Assembly (NCBI GenBank): GCA_964012805.1
Contig: CAXGUD010000026.1
Span: 1 to 48,260, forward strand
Length of the DNA stretch: 48,260 nt
Origin: an uncultured Bacteriovoracaceae bacterium
Lineage (GTDB): Bacteria > Bdellovibrionota > Bacteriovoracia > Bacteriovoracales > Bacteriovoracaceae
Reading direction: 5' to 3'
The position numbers and the translations under genes were made by a program. Below are positions 1-9,722 of the stretch, piece after piece (the stretch's first letter is position 1; each line of letters begins with the position of its first letter). The notes under the pieces were generated by a model that saw only the letters and a list, made by a program, of their open reading frames with translations, was not told where the DNA came from and searched no databases.

Positions 1-30
1 CTTGTTTGAATAAGTAACTTGTTTGAATAA
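1..30. repeat. 13-bp direct repeat CTTGTTTGAATAA, 17-bp period, at window edge
   Basis: Identical 13-mers at 1-13 and 18-30. Confidence 0.8.
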
Positions 31-36
31 AAAAAA

Positions 37-927
37 CTAATTTGATTCTTTTTTAAAATTGGCAGAAAACTCAGAGGCGGTATTGATAAAGGCTTTAAGG
101 ATTTTAGATGAAACATTGCCTTTTTGATAAACGAAATGAATTTTTTCAGTTGGAGATTTCCAATCTCTGAATAGCTGTAGAATTTCTCCTGATTTAATGT
201 ATTTATGGGATATCAACGTGGGTAAAATTCCTATACCATCATCATTTAAAACCATACTTAAGATCATCGGAAACGAATCTGATTTGACAATGGGTTTGAT
301 ACCTTTAACTTCTTTCAGCCAACTTTTTTCTTTTCCTTTAAATGATAAAAAACGGTGCTTATTCAAATCCTCCAGTTTTTTTGGGGTACCAAATTTATCA
401 ATATAGCTTTTAGAGGCAACAATGGTGAAGTCTGTATTCATGAAAAGTTTTTGAATTAAGCTGGAATCATGGAGCTTTCCGGCTCGAAAACATAGATCGA
501 TATTTTCCTTAGTTAGGTCTAAAAAATCGTTCGTAATGATTGTTTCTACCTCTACTCTTGGATATATCTTGATAAATTTTGATATGATTTTTGTGACAAT
601 GTTTTGACCTAAATCCTGTGGCGCTGTCACCCTAAGGGTTCCAACCATTTCATCTTGTGAATTTCTTAAAGCAGTCATTTCACTTTGAATGCCATTTATG
701 AGAGGACCTATTGCTTTAAAAAACTCAAGCCCTTGGCTTGTTGGAGAAATCTTTCGAGTTGTCCTTCTGATAAGTTGCGCACCAACTTCATGTTCTAGTT
801 TAGAAATTGCCCTGCTAATCCTTGATTTAGGTCGTCTTAAAGCTTGGGCAGCTTTGGTAAAATTACCTAATTCCAATACTTTACTAAATATAACCAATAA
901 ATTTAAGTCAATATTATTGTTGTCCAT
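37..927 (-). CDS. LysR family transcriptional regulator
   Basis: N-terminal HTH ([36 protein letters not shown]) plus substrate-binding domain; ATG at 927 preferred over ORF-track start 1008. Confidence 0.95.
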   Translation of the reverse strand: MDNNNIDLNLLVIFSKVLELGNFTKAAQALRRPKSRISRAISKLEHEVGAQLIRRTTRKISPTSQGLEFFKAIGPLINGIQSEMTALRNSQDEMVGTLRVTAPQDLGQNIVTKIISKFIKIYPRVEVETIITNDFLDLTKENIDLCFRAGKLHDSSLIQKLFMNTDFTIVASKSYIDKFGTPKKLEDLNKHRFLSFKGKEKSWLKEVKGIKPIVKSDSFPMILSMVLNDDGIGILPTLISHKYIKSGEILQLFRDWKSPTEKIHFVYQKGNVSSKILKAFINTASEFSANFKKESN

Positions 928-967
928 AATGAAACATTGTAAATCAATAATGTACTCTTTTGAAACA
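921..967. promoter_or_regulatory. Putative LysR binding sites
   Basis: Two TGT...GAAACA partial palindromes (921-936, 951-967) at the start of lysR and in the divergent lysR/yceI spacer. Confidence 0.35.
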
Positions 968-1047
968 ACTAAAAAAACACTATAATTAAAAAAATGCTTA
1001 TTAGCCAAAATATCAATGGTTTAAAAATTTAAATATGGAGCCAAATA

Positions 1048-1593
1048 ATGAAATTTACAATGTTGTTATTTTTTTTATTATCGTTTCAAGTGTTTAGTTT
1101 AGAAACATCATTAGATGCTAAAAAATCTGAAATTCGATGGAAGGGGAGTAAAATTACTGGCAGTCACCATGTGGGTAAAGTCTTCATAAAAGAAGGGAAT
1201 ATTAAAAAAGCGGATGGTTCTCTCATAGGTGGAAAAATTATAATTGATCTTAAAAATTTTACAGTTGATGATTTGAAAGGCGAATGGGCGACAAAGTTTT
1301 TGAGTCACATGAAGAGTGAAGACTTTTTTAATATTTCAAAGCACCCTACTGCCAAGATGGAAGTCATATCAATTAAAAATAACAAAGCGAAAGCAAAATT
1401 AACAATCAAGGGGCTGACTAGAGAAGTTACATTCCCCATAAGAGAAGTTTCTGGTAAATTCGTTGGAAAGTTAATTTTTGATAGAACTAAATTTGGAATG
1501 ATTTATGGCTCTGGAAATTTCTTTAAAAATTTAGGAGACAAAGTTATTAAGGACGAAGTTGAAATTAGTTTTACTCTCTACCCGAAAACCTAA
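1048..1593 (+). CDS. YceI family secreted lipid/polyisoprenoid-binding protein
   Basis: Signal peptide; S.I.W.G.K..G.H.G, HMKSEDFF...HPTA, LTIKG, DRTKFG motifs. Confidence 0.92.
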   Translation: MKFTMLLFFLLSFQVFSLETSLDAKKSEIRWKGSKITGSHHVGKVFIKEGNIKKADGSLIGGKIIIDLKNFTVDDLKGEWATKFLSHMKSEDFFNISKHPTAKMEVISIKNNKAKAKLTIKGLTREVTFPIREVSGKFVGKLIFDRTKFGMIYGSGNFFKNLGDKVIKDEVEISFTLYPKT

Positions 1594-1643
1594 TTCTAAT
1601 AAATAATCTTTTAAACTCTTTCCAAAGTTAGTTGGATTTAGAA

Positions 1644-2507
1644 ATGATGAAAAAAATAAAATTCTCATTTTCTGCTGAAAAAAAACTTTGGGTTGGTGAT
1701 GGTTTTTATGTTCATCCACTCCTTAGGCCTCAAGAAGGACTCTACCAGTTCACGTGTCCATTTATACTTATGGATTATTCTCCTCCATTTGAATTCGGCA
1801 AGACTTCCAAAAGAAGAGGAGTGGGTGAGCATCCTCATAGGGGATTTGAAACCGTTACATTCGCTTTTAAAGGTGAGGTAGAGCATCGTGACTCTTCTGG
1901 TGGCGGGGGATTGATAAAGCCTGGCGATGTTCAGTGGATGACTGCAGGTGAAGGAGTTGTTCATGATGAATTTCACTCAGAGTCCTTTTCTAAAAAGGGA
2001 GGACTTTTTGAGATGGTCCAACTTTGGGTAAATTTACCAAAAAAACACAAAATGACTAAACCGAAGTATCAATCGATTAGTGACAATATAATACCTAAAT
2101 TGGTTCTTAATGGTAAAACTCAGCTTAGAGTTATAGCTGGAAAATTATTATCTACTGAAGGTCCTGCCTCAACCTTTTCCACCATAAATATATACGATAT
2201 AACTTGTTCAAGTGAAGATACAATAGAATTAAGTCTTGATGATGGCTCAAATACCATTATATTAGTGAGAGACGGTGAAATTATGTTAGAAGGTAATGTC
2301 TTTGAAAAAAATACTTTAGTTGTTTTTGAGCAGGCAGGACAAAAGTTAAAATTCAAAGCAACAAAAAATTTTAAAGGCCTTTTATTAAATGGTATGCCCA
2401 TAAATGAACCTATTTTTTCTTATGGTCCTTTTGTCATGAATACAAAAGAAGAAATTGAAAAGGCACTATCAGATTATGAAAAAGGGAAAATGGGAAATCT
2501 AAATTAG
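1644..2507 (+). CDS. Pirin family protein
   Basis: HPHRGFETVT, HRDS, VQWMTAGEGVVHDE, QLWVNLP, GPFVMN motifs. Confidence 0.96.
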   Translation: MMKKIKFSFSAEKKLWVGDGFYVHPLLRPQEGLYQFTCPFILMDYSPPFEFGKTSKRRGVGEHPHRGFETVTFAFKGEVEHRDSSGGGGLIKPGDVQWMTAGEGVVHDEFHSESFSKKGGLFEMVQLWVNLPKKHKMTKPKYQSISDNIIPKLVLNGKTQLRVIAGKLLSTEGPASTFSTINIYDITCSSEDTIELSLDDGSNTIILVRDGEIMLEGNVFEKNTLVVFEQAGQKLKFKATKNFKGLLLNGMPINEPIFSYGPFVMNTKEEIEKALSDYEKGKMGNLN

Positions 2508-2547
2508 GAATGAGCAAATAAATCTTGAGAAGATTTGGTGGTATAAA

Positions 2548-3033
2548 ATGAAAAATATGACTATCTTGATCGCAAGTCAGGGAAAGAATGCAGAATTAGG
2601 CAATAAAATTAAACAAGTTGCGGAAAAAAGGTTTAAATGCGACCTTGTTGATTTAGTTGACCTGGATTTACCTTTGTACTCAGAGTTAGAGGAAGAAAAA
2701 GGGATTCCCAACAAGGCAAAAAGCCTCTCAAAAAGTCTTGAAAAATCAGATTGTTTAATTGTTATAGCTCCTGAATATAATGGTAGTGTTCCGCCAAGTC
2801 TAAATAATGCAATTTGTTGGATTAGCCGTTCAGGTAAAAGTTGGAGAGATGCTTTTAATGGAAAATCAACCTTAATAGCAACTCATAGTGGAGGAGGCGG
2901 TCACCATGTCTTAATGGCCATGCGTCAGCAGCTTTCATTTTTAGGTGCAAATGTATTGGGTAGGCAGTTGTTGACTAATTATAATAAAGAGTTGAATGAA
3001 GAATCCCTTAATCAATGTCTAGAGCAGATGTAG
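2548..3033 (+). CDS. NAD(P)H-dependent FMN reductase
   Basis: APEYNGSVPPSLNNAICW flavodoxin-like signature. Confidence 0.92.
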   Translation: MKNMTILIASQGKNAELGNKIKQVAEKRFKCDLVDLVDLDLPLYSELEEEKGIPNKAKSLSKSLEKSDCLIVIAPEYNGSVPPSLNNAICWISRSGKSWRDAFNGKSTLIATHSGGGGHHVLMAMRQQLSFLGANVLGRQLLTNYNKELNEESLNQCLEQM

Positions 3034-3169
3034 AACTAAGTCCATAAATAACTTCAGAAAAAAAATTTTATGACTTTTCATAAAATTCTTTTAGCTTTTG
3101 GGTTAACTTGAAAAATTTGATATCCTACTAAAAACACTTTCAATTATTTCATAAGGGAGTTTATTAATT

Positions 3170-4609
3170 TTGAAAAGTGAGTTTTTTGACGTTGTCATAG
3201 TAGGAGCTGGTCTTTCTGGAATTGGTGCTGCTTGCCACCTCAAGGATAAATGTCCTGAGCGTACCTTTGTCATTTTAGAAGGGCGGGAGAATATTGGTGG
3301 CACTTGGGATTTATTTCGTTATCCTGGTGTTCGCTCAGATAGTGATATGTACACGTTATCCTATAGCTTCAAGCCTTGGGACTCAGAAGAACTTATTCCT
3401 TCCGGCGAAACGATATTAAGCTACATATTAGAAGCTTCCAAAGAAAACAAAATTGAAAATCATATCCGCACCAATCATAAAATTCTAAAAGCGGAATGGG
3501 AGGATAAGGGCAGTCTATGGAAGGTTACGGTAGAGAATCATACAACTTTTTATTGTAAATTTCTTTATTTGTGTAGTGGTTACTACCGCTACGATAAAGG
3601 TCATGAACCAAATTTTAAAGGAAGTGAGGTTTTTAGAGGCCCTCTCATTCATGCCCAAAAATGGCCAAGAGATCTTGAGGTTCAAGGGAAAAATATTGCT
3701 GTGATTGGTTCTGGTGCAACGGCTGTGACTCTCGTCCCAGAACTATCAAAGAATGCCAAAAAAGTGACAATGATTCAGCGTTCACCTACTTATATTGCTT
3801 CGTGGCCGGGAGAAGATTGGTTAGCGAATATTCTTAGAAAATTTTTTCCAGCAAGATTGATCTCTTTTATTATGAAGACTAAATATAACATCTTTCAGCA
3901 GTTTATATATTACTTTGCTCAAAAAACTCCAGACAAAGCTAAAAGTTTTCTTTTAAGCAGGGTAAAGAAAGAAGTTGGGCCTAAAATTGATGCTGAAAAA
4001 CATTTTGTGCCTAATTATGACCCTTGGGACCAGAGGCTTTGCCTTGCTAAAGATGGAGACTTTTTTAAAGTTTTAAAAGATGGAAAAGCTTCCATTGTAA
4101 CTGATCATATCGATTCTTTTTATGAAAATGGAATTAAATTAAAGTCTGGAGAAAAAGTTCAAGCTGATCTTATCATCTTGGCAACTGGACTCGAGCTTTT
4201 ACCTTTTGGAGGAATGGAGCTTTTTGTAAATAGTGAAAAAATTGATTTTTCTAAAAGTTATACTTACAAGGGGACCGGAATTTCTAATGTCCCCAATTTT
4301 TTAAGTGTTTTTGGTTATATTAATGCTTCTTGGACTTTGAGAGCTGATCTTATTTCAAAATACCTTTGCCGACTACTAAATCATCTTAAATCCAAAAATT
4401 TTAAAAAATGTACCCCGAAATTAGGTGAAATTGGATCTGTTTCTAGGCCTTTTATAGATGGATTTGCCCCAGGTTTTTTTAAAAGATCGATACATCTTTT
4501 TCCGAAGCAAGGCTTTAAAAAACCATGGATTAACCCTCAGAATTATAAAATAGATAAAGAAATGTTTCTCACTGATTCCCTAGATGATGGGGTGATGGAT
4601 TTTGATTAA
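3170..4609 (+). CDS. Flavin-containing (Baeyer-Villiger/EthA-like) monooxygenase
   Basis: GAGLSG, GGTWDLFRYPGVRSDSD, FRGPLIHAQKWP, GSGATA, ATG motifs; TTG start. Confidence 0.93.
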   Translation: MKSEFFDVVIVGAGLSGIGAACHLKDKCPERTFVILEGRENIGGTWDLFRYPGVRSDSDMYTLSYSFKPWDSEELIPSGETILSYILEASKENKIENHIRTNHKILKAEWEDKGSLWKVTVENHTTFYCKFLYLCSGYYRYDKGHEPNFKGSEVFRGPLIHAQKWPRDLEVQGKNIAVIGSGATAVTLVPELSKNAKKVTMIQRSPTYIASWPGEDWLANILRKFFPARLISFIMKTKYNIFQQFIYYFAQKTPDKAKSFLLSRVKKEVGPKIDAEKHFVPNYDPWDQRLCLAKDGDFFKVLKDGKASIVTDHIDSFYENGIKLKSGEKVQADLIILATGLELLPFGGMELFVNSEKIDFSKSYTYKGTGISNVPNFLSVFGYINASWTLRADLISKYLCRLLNHLKSKNFKKCTPKLGEIGSVSRPFIDGFAPGFFKRSIHLFPKQGFKKPWINPQNYKIDKEMFLTDSLDDGVMDFD

Positions 4610-4715
4610 AAACTACACTTTTTTAATTCTAATTATAATCAAAAATAAAGCTTTCGTTTAAAAAAATCTTATAGACAATATAATTAATAATTAATATCGA
4701 TATGGAACGGTAAAA

Positions 4716-6017
4716 ATGAATAATAATTCAGAGTTTTTTGATCAGATACTTTCCGTTGAAATCATTAAAAGTGAGATAAAAAGGGCCATTTTTTTGGCGT
4801 TTTCATTTTTGTTTCTAACCTTGATTCTTCTTTTTAGTTCATCTTTTTTTCCTGAGAAGCTTCCTACCCGCTTTTTTGATGATGTTGGTGAATTTGAGCT
4901 AAGAATAGTCACTCTTGGACTTCTTTCTTTTTTTACGATTTATGAATTCTTTCAAACTTGGCTCCTTAAATATTATTTGAAAAATAAAAAAGTTTTTCCA
5001 GAGGTCTATCGATACATAAGTTCCATTATTGAAATAAGTTTTCCAACATTTTCAATTTTTGTGTTTTCAAAAGTTATTGATATTCCCATTTATGGTCTTC
5101 ATCTACCTCAAGTTTTTTTCTATTTTATTTTTATTTTACTTTCTTGCTTGAGGTTAAGTGCCACTCTTTGTCTTTTTACTTCTTTTATAGCGGCCATTGA
5201 ATTTGGAATTCTTTCCAGGTTTCTTTTGAGAAACTCTTTGGAAATGGATGTTTCACCGATTTTTAAAAATATTGGAATTATAGCAACAAAAAATATATTC
5301 CTTGTTTTTGGAGGAGCAATAGCTGCCTTTGTCACAATTCAAATCAAAAAACAGCTTAAAAAAAGTTTGATTGCTATGAAAGAAAAGGATCAAGTTCTGC
5401 ATATATTTGGACAGCATGTTTCTCCTAAGGTAGTTAATAAACTTCTTGATCAACCTAAAGAATTTAAAAGTGAATTAAAAAATGTGTGCGTCCTTTTTCT
5501 TGATATTAGAAATTTTACTAAGTTTAGTGAAAACAAAAATCCTGAAGAGGTTGTTAATTACTTAAATTATATATACTCACCAATGATTGATATCATTAAC
5601 GAACATAATGGATTGATTAATAAATTTTTGGGTGATGGTCTTATGGCCATATTTGGAGCACCATTAGAGGATATCGATCATGCCAAAAATGCTGTTCTCG
5701 CTTCAAAAAAAATTGTTGAAAAGGTAAATGAATTAGAGAAAAGGAATCTTATACCCCCTACGAAAATTGGTATTGGCCTTCATGAAGGTCAAGTGCTAAC
5801 AGGTAATATAGGATCATCTAGGAGAAAAGAATATACAGTTATTGGTGAGGTTGTTAATCTGGCTTCTCGAATTGAAAAACTTAATAAAAATTTTGATTCT
5901 AATATCTTAATTTCTAAAAAAGTTAATAATCTCCTTGAGACTGAAAAAGGGCATTCTTTAGGTCAAATAGAAATTGAAGGTCTCCAACAAAAAATGGAAG
6001 TTTTTAAAATTAAATAA
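4716..6017 (+). CDS. Membrane-bound class III adenylate/guanylate cyclase
   Basis: About 6 hydrophobic helices followed by FLDIRNFT, KFLGDG, GIGLHEG, YTVIGEVVNLASRIE. Confidence 0.95.
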   Translation: MNNNSEFFDQILSVEIIKSEIKRAIFLAFSFLFLTLILLFSSSFFPEKLPTRFFDDVGEFELRIVTLGLLSFFTIYEFFQTWLLKYYLKNKKVFPEVYRYISSIIEISFPTFSIFVFSKVIDIPIYGLHLPQVFFYFIFILLSCLRLSATLCLFTSFIAAIEFGILSRFLLRNSLEMDVSPIFKNIGIIATKNIFLVFGGAIAAFVTIQIKKQLKKSLIAMKEKDQVLHIFGQHVSPKVVNKLLDQPKEFKSELKNVCVLFLDIRNFTKFSENKNPEEVVNYLNYIYSPMIDIINEHNGLINKFLGDGLMAIFGAPLEDIDHAKNAVLASKKIVEKVNELEKRNLIPPTKIGIGLHEGQVLTGNIGSSRRKEYTVIGEVVNLASRIEKLNKNFDSNILISKKVNNLLETEKGHSLGQIEIEGLQQKMEVFKIK

Positions 6018-6111
6018 AAAAAAATATATTTATTCTTTTGATTAGTTATCATTCCTTTTAAGTCACCTTTATTAAAATCAGTAATTCTCTTTAAATTTTA
6101 AATTTCATTGA

Positions 6112-6138
6112 TAGATTTTTTCTGTTTAGTACCGATAA
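6112..6138 (+). promoter_or_regulatory. Putative sigma28 (FliA) promoter
   Basis: TAGA-N15-ACCGATAA versus consensus TAAA-N15-GCCGATAA, just upstream of the AAGGAG RBS and ATG 6160. Confidence 0.6.
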
Positions 6139-6159
6139 GTTATAAAAAGGAGAAGTCTT

Positions 6160-7008
6160 ATGAGGTTTTCATTTAAAAATATTTTTTTTATTTTGTTACT
6201 AATTAACTTTTCAGCTTTTTCAGCTCCTATTAATTCAAAAACAAAAAAATCTTTAGAAAAAGCATTTAATAAATACCTAAAAAAAGAAATAGCTCGAATA
6301 AAACCTTTTCTTAAGGGAGATCTTAAAGAAATCAATAAAAAAAACTTGGAAAAGGCGTCTAAGGATAAGGCTTTTTACGACAATCTTATTTTTTCTATTT
6401 ATGAATCAAACAGATGGTTTCTCTTGAAAAGTTTTGGGATGGATAGAGACTTTTCCTCCATTCATGAGGGTTGTCGTGAATTTATGTACAACAACCCAGA
6501 ATATAGTTCCAAGTTAAAAAAGAGTCCCCGTTATAAAGCTTTTTCTTATGCTGATTATTTAACAGGTAAAACTTTTGGATGCCTTTATCACAAAAACTCA
6601 AAAGGTCGTATGAAGTATAGAAGACTAGTTCATCAATCTAAAGAAGTTATCCTTTTTATTTTAAGGGATCAAAAGATATTAAAACGCTTAAAAGAGGCCA
6701 ATCGAAGTATAAGTCGTGATATTAGCGGAAAAAAGACATCTTTCCATTTAATGGATTTATTCATACCTAGTGCTCAAGCGGGAATTAAACAGGCATTTCA
6801 TAAAGGAATATGTGCCGTAGGTATTGTTCCTCTTTGGATGGTAACTCTGCCTGTTCTTTTAACTCTAGACTATAGCATCTTGCTTCCCTTTACCATTCAT
6901 AATCTTTCTACGGGAAAGGAAGGATTATTAAAAACGGGGGGAGCTCTTTCTGGAAATTATACACTTGAAAAAGCTTACGAAGCATGTGTTGAAGGTGGGC
7001 CTAAGTAA
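6160..7008 (+). CDS. Secreted hypothetical protein with C-terminal hydrophobic segment
   Basis: 282-aa ORF, AAGGAG RBS, signal peptide ending AFS-A, hydrophobic segment near the C-terminus. Confidence 0.8.
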   Translation: MRFSFKNIFFILLLINFSAFSAPINSKTKKSLEKAFNKYLKKEIARIKPFLKGDLKEINKKNLEKASKDKAFYDNLIFSIYESNRWFLLKSFGMDRDFSSIHEGCREFMYNNPEYSSKLKKSPRYKAFSYADYLTGKTFGCLYHKNSKGRMKYRRLVHQSKEVILFILRDQKILKRLKEANRSISRDISGKKTSFHLMDLFIPSAQAGIKQAFHKGICAVGIVPLWMVTLPVLLTLDYSILLPFTIHNLSTGKEGLLKTGGALSGNYTLEKAYEACVEGGPK

Positions 7009-7029
7009 AAATAGATCATAAAAGTAGAT

Positions 7030-7064
7030 AAAGGGGCACCTATTCAGTAAGTGCCTTTTTTTTT
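7030..7064. terminator. Probable bidirectional intrinsic terminator
   Basis: AAAGGGGCAC...GTGCCTTTTT hairpin with long T tract between convergent genes. Confidence 0.7.
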
Positions 7065-9475
7065 TATTTGGATTCTTTTAAAATAGCTAGGCTTGTTTCG
7101 GGTTTTTTAGGATCCCATCCCTTTGGTGGTTTTTCTTTTACTTTGATTCGAATAGCTCGAAGTCCATGAACACCCTGAAGGTCTTGTAGTAGGACATCTT
7201 TGGCATCTTTCTCAATAAAGCCAATATTTTCCAAATAAATTATGAATTCTCTATACATTTGGTATTCGCTTTCTTGGGAATAAACTACTGCTATGTAACC
7301 AGGCTGAGTAAGTCTTTCTTCAGTCCCATGGATGGACGCTTTATCGATCCTCTTTTTTACAATTTCATAACGAGCATTGTATGCGCCATCAACATTAAAG
7401 TGCTTTTCTTCCATTTGAAAGCTAATATTGATAGGAGTTGTGTGAACTAAAAGTAAGTGGGCAGTATCAAGTGGAGTTTTAAGAGTTGGCTTTAATTCCT
7501 TCATGAGCCAAGTCACTCCGCACATGCTCATTAGCTGCCATAAATAAAGGTTTCTTAAATCCAAGGCGCTGCAAATTCCAGATTCTAATAGAGAATCGCC
7601 AACATATATATTGTGTTCTAACCCATCTGTTTTAAACTTTTCAAAATAGTGAGGAATCATTTTTTGGGCCAATTCTTGTTGCCGATCAAAGTAAGCCCCT
7701 ATTGTATCATTAATAATTGTAACAGATTCATCATAGTTTTTTCGAACCTCGTAAATGACACCAACTTCAGAATTTAGCTTCTTTTTATAGTTTTCTACTT
7801 TAGCTTTTATTTCCTCACTTAAAAGTGAGAGTTCTTCAAATGCTGATTCAACAGAGTGTTTTAAAAACATATATATTCTAGTTTCATCACCGGACTTTAA
7901 ACCTTTTGAAATGGTATTTAAATGGCCTTCAATTCTAAAACTTATTTCATTAAAAACAGGCCTTGGGTGTGACTTAGCTGCTATCTTTAAAACGTCCCAA
8001 GCAAGCTTCAATTGATGAGTTAAATCAGCTTGGATTGATTCATTTCTTTTTGTTGAAGATCCACGTATATCAGAAACGCCAAATAGCGGAACGACATTTT
8101 TAAAAACAACAGGTTCTGGACTCGGGTTTTCATCGTTCTCAATTTGTTTTAAGTAATTTCTGGCCATTTCTTGAAAACGCCATTCAACTGATGGATGAAT
8201 GGCCGTACAGGTTTGTTTTATAATGGCCATCATTCTTTCATGTTCACTTTCAAGTACATGATTAATTGCTGTAGAAACTAGACCTCCAATTTTATCAAGT
8301 TTTGGAACAACATAAAAATCAAAGGCATGAGATCTAGGGGAACCAAATTCTAAAAGTCCTATTACCTCTTCTTGAAAAATTAAGGGAATGACCATCAGGC
8401 TATTGAGACCATTTTTTATCATTTTCTTAAATGTTCTTTCCCCATTGAGAGAATTAATTATTTGAGACTTTTTAAGTGCTTCTTTGTAGAGATCATTTTC
8501 TTTTAAGTTAGAAGGGTCGACTTCTTCATCAAACCGTAAGCTATTTAGAAATGGTTGCCAACGGGCCCTTTTACTATCTGATTCAAAGGGTGTTAGGATA
8601 ATGCCTATTTCAAGGTCATTTGTTCCCATGACCTCTCTGATGCCATCTTGAAATCCAATTAAATCATTCTTACGCCTCAATATATTTCTATTTGTTAGGC
8701 TTCCCTGAAATTCGGCCATTTGATGCCAATAGGTAACTTCCTCGGCGTAAACAAAGCAAGATCCGTTAAACATAAAATTACTTGTATCGACAACAGAACT
8801 TATATGATTGGGGTCAAATGGATTAATTAAAATTTTATCTATATCTTTTTGTGTTAATTTAGGTAATTCTCCGTCACACGCCATTTTAACAGACCAAGAT
8901 TTCGAGCTATAAATTTCATTATCGTAGCGAAGAGTAAAGTAGCGTTTTGGAGAGCCTTTTTCTGGCTCATAAACCAATAAGCTTTTAAGGCTATCTCCTC
9001 TTGGTATAGGCCAGTTGCTTAGATCAAGTTTGTCCCCATAAAGCCTATAGATGAGGATAAGTTGGACTGCAGCATTCCTAAAGTGAGTCATTTCTTCATC
9101 AGTATCTGATAGCAATGGATAAAGTTTTTCAAAAGCATCGGTATTCCATAATCGTTCAAATTTAGGTGTTACAAGGGCCACCATCCCATGAGGGTTTGTC
9201 ATTTGATCTAATGGGTACTTAATTGAAACAAGCATTTCGAGAAAATCTTTATGTTTTTTAAATACGCTAGGGCTTTCATGCTCACCGTGAAGTTCTATTC
9301 TTTTTTCCCATTCTTCTAAAATAGTTTTTTGTATATTTTTAAGTGTTTCAAATCGGCTGGTATCAATTTTTCTCCAAGCCTCTACAAGGTAACTAATGTC
9401 GGTCCAACACTTAAAGTAACTGATTTCCTGAGGCATATAGAGGTCATCAAATACATTTTTATTATTTTTGGACAT
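7064..9475 (-). CDS. Large GAF-domain protein with putative divergent cyclase-like C-terminal region
   Basis: 803 aa; GAF segment SLMVIPLIFQEEVIGLLEFGSPRSHAF; C-terminal SDIRGSS / KFKTDG motifs. Confidence 0.8.
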   Translation of the reverse strand: MSKNNKNVFDDLYMPQEISYFKCWTDISYLVEAWRKIDTSRFETLKNIQKTILEEWEKRIELHGEHESPSVFKKHKDFLEMLVSIKYPLDQMTNPHGMVALVTPKFERLWNTDAFEKLYPLLSDTDEEMTHFRNAAVQLILIYRLYGDKLDLSNWPIPRGDSLKSLLVYEPEKGSPKRYFTLRYDNEIYSSKSWSVKMACDGELPKLTQKDIDKILINPFDPNHISSVVDTSNFMFNGSCFVYAEEVTYWHQMAEFQGSLTNRNILRRKNDLIGFQDGIREVMGTNDLEIGIILTPFESDSKRARWQPFLNSLRFDEEVDPSNLKENDLYKEALKKSQIINSLNGERTFKKMIKNGLNSLMVIPLIFQEEVIGLLEFGSPRSHAFDFYVVPKLDKIGGLVSTAINHVLESEHERMMAIIKQTCTAIHPSVEWRFQEMARNYLKQIENDENPSPEPVVFKNVVPLFGVSDIRGSSTKRNESIQADLTHQLKLAWDVLKIAAKSHPRPVFNEISFRIEGHLNTISKGLKSGDETRIYMFLKHSVESAFEELSLLSEEIKAKVENYKKKLNSEVGVIYEVRKNYDESVTIINDTIGAYFDRQQELAQKMIPHYFEKFKTDGLEHNIYVGDSLLESGICSALDLRNLYLWQLMSMCGVTWLMKELKPTLKTPLDTAHLLLVHTTPINISFQMEEKHFNVDGAYNARYEIVKKRIDKASIHGTEERLTQPGYIAVVYSQESEYQMYREFIIYLENIGFIEKDAKDVLLQDLQGVHGLRAIRIKVKEKPPKGWDPKKPETSLAILKESK

Positions 9476-9546
9476 CTATTCTCCAAAAGCTTATGACTTT
9501 CTTTTTTAACTATCCTAAAAAAAGAAATTTATCCTCTACCCTCATT

Positions 9547-9573
9547 TTATCGACTAAATTTAATAATAATTTA
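9547..9573 (-). promoter_or_regulatory. Putative sigma28 (FliA) promoter
   Basis: Minus strand TAAA-N15-GTCGATAA about 70 bp upstream of ATG 9475. Confidence 0.65.
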
Positions 9574-9722
9574 AAAGTTTTAAATAAATGTTATTTTAAG
9601 AAAATAAAAAATCATTTAGCGATGGCCGTCCTTTTGGTTTGGAAGCATTATGAGTAGAGTAATCTGCAGACCTTATAAACGAAATATAAGAAATTTGAGT
9701 GAAGATTTAATACTTGAAAAAA

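Noticed and set aside
4716..6017. Cyclase as Pycsar/CBASS defence component
   Set aside because: Ordinary TM-anchored class III cyclase with adenylate-type Lys/Thr residues and no recognisable effector gene adjacent
9600..9700. GC-richer intergenic patch with GCGATGG, possible fluoride or other riboswitch
   Set aside because: Remaining consensus and pairing are absent, and there is no fitting downstream gene in that orientation
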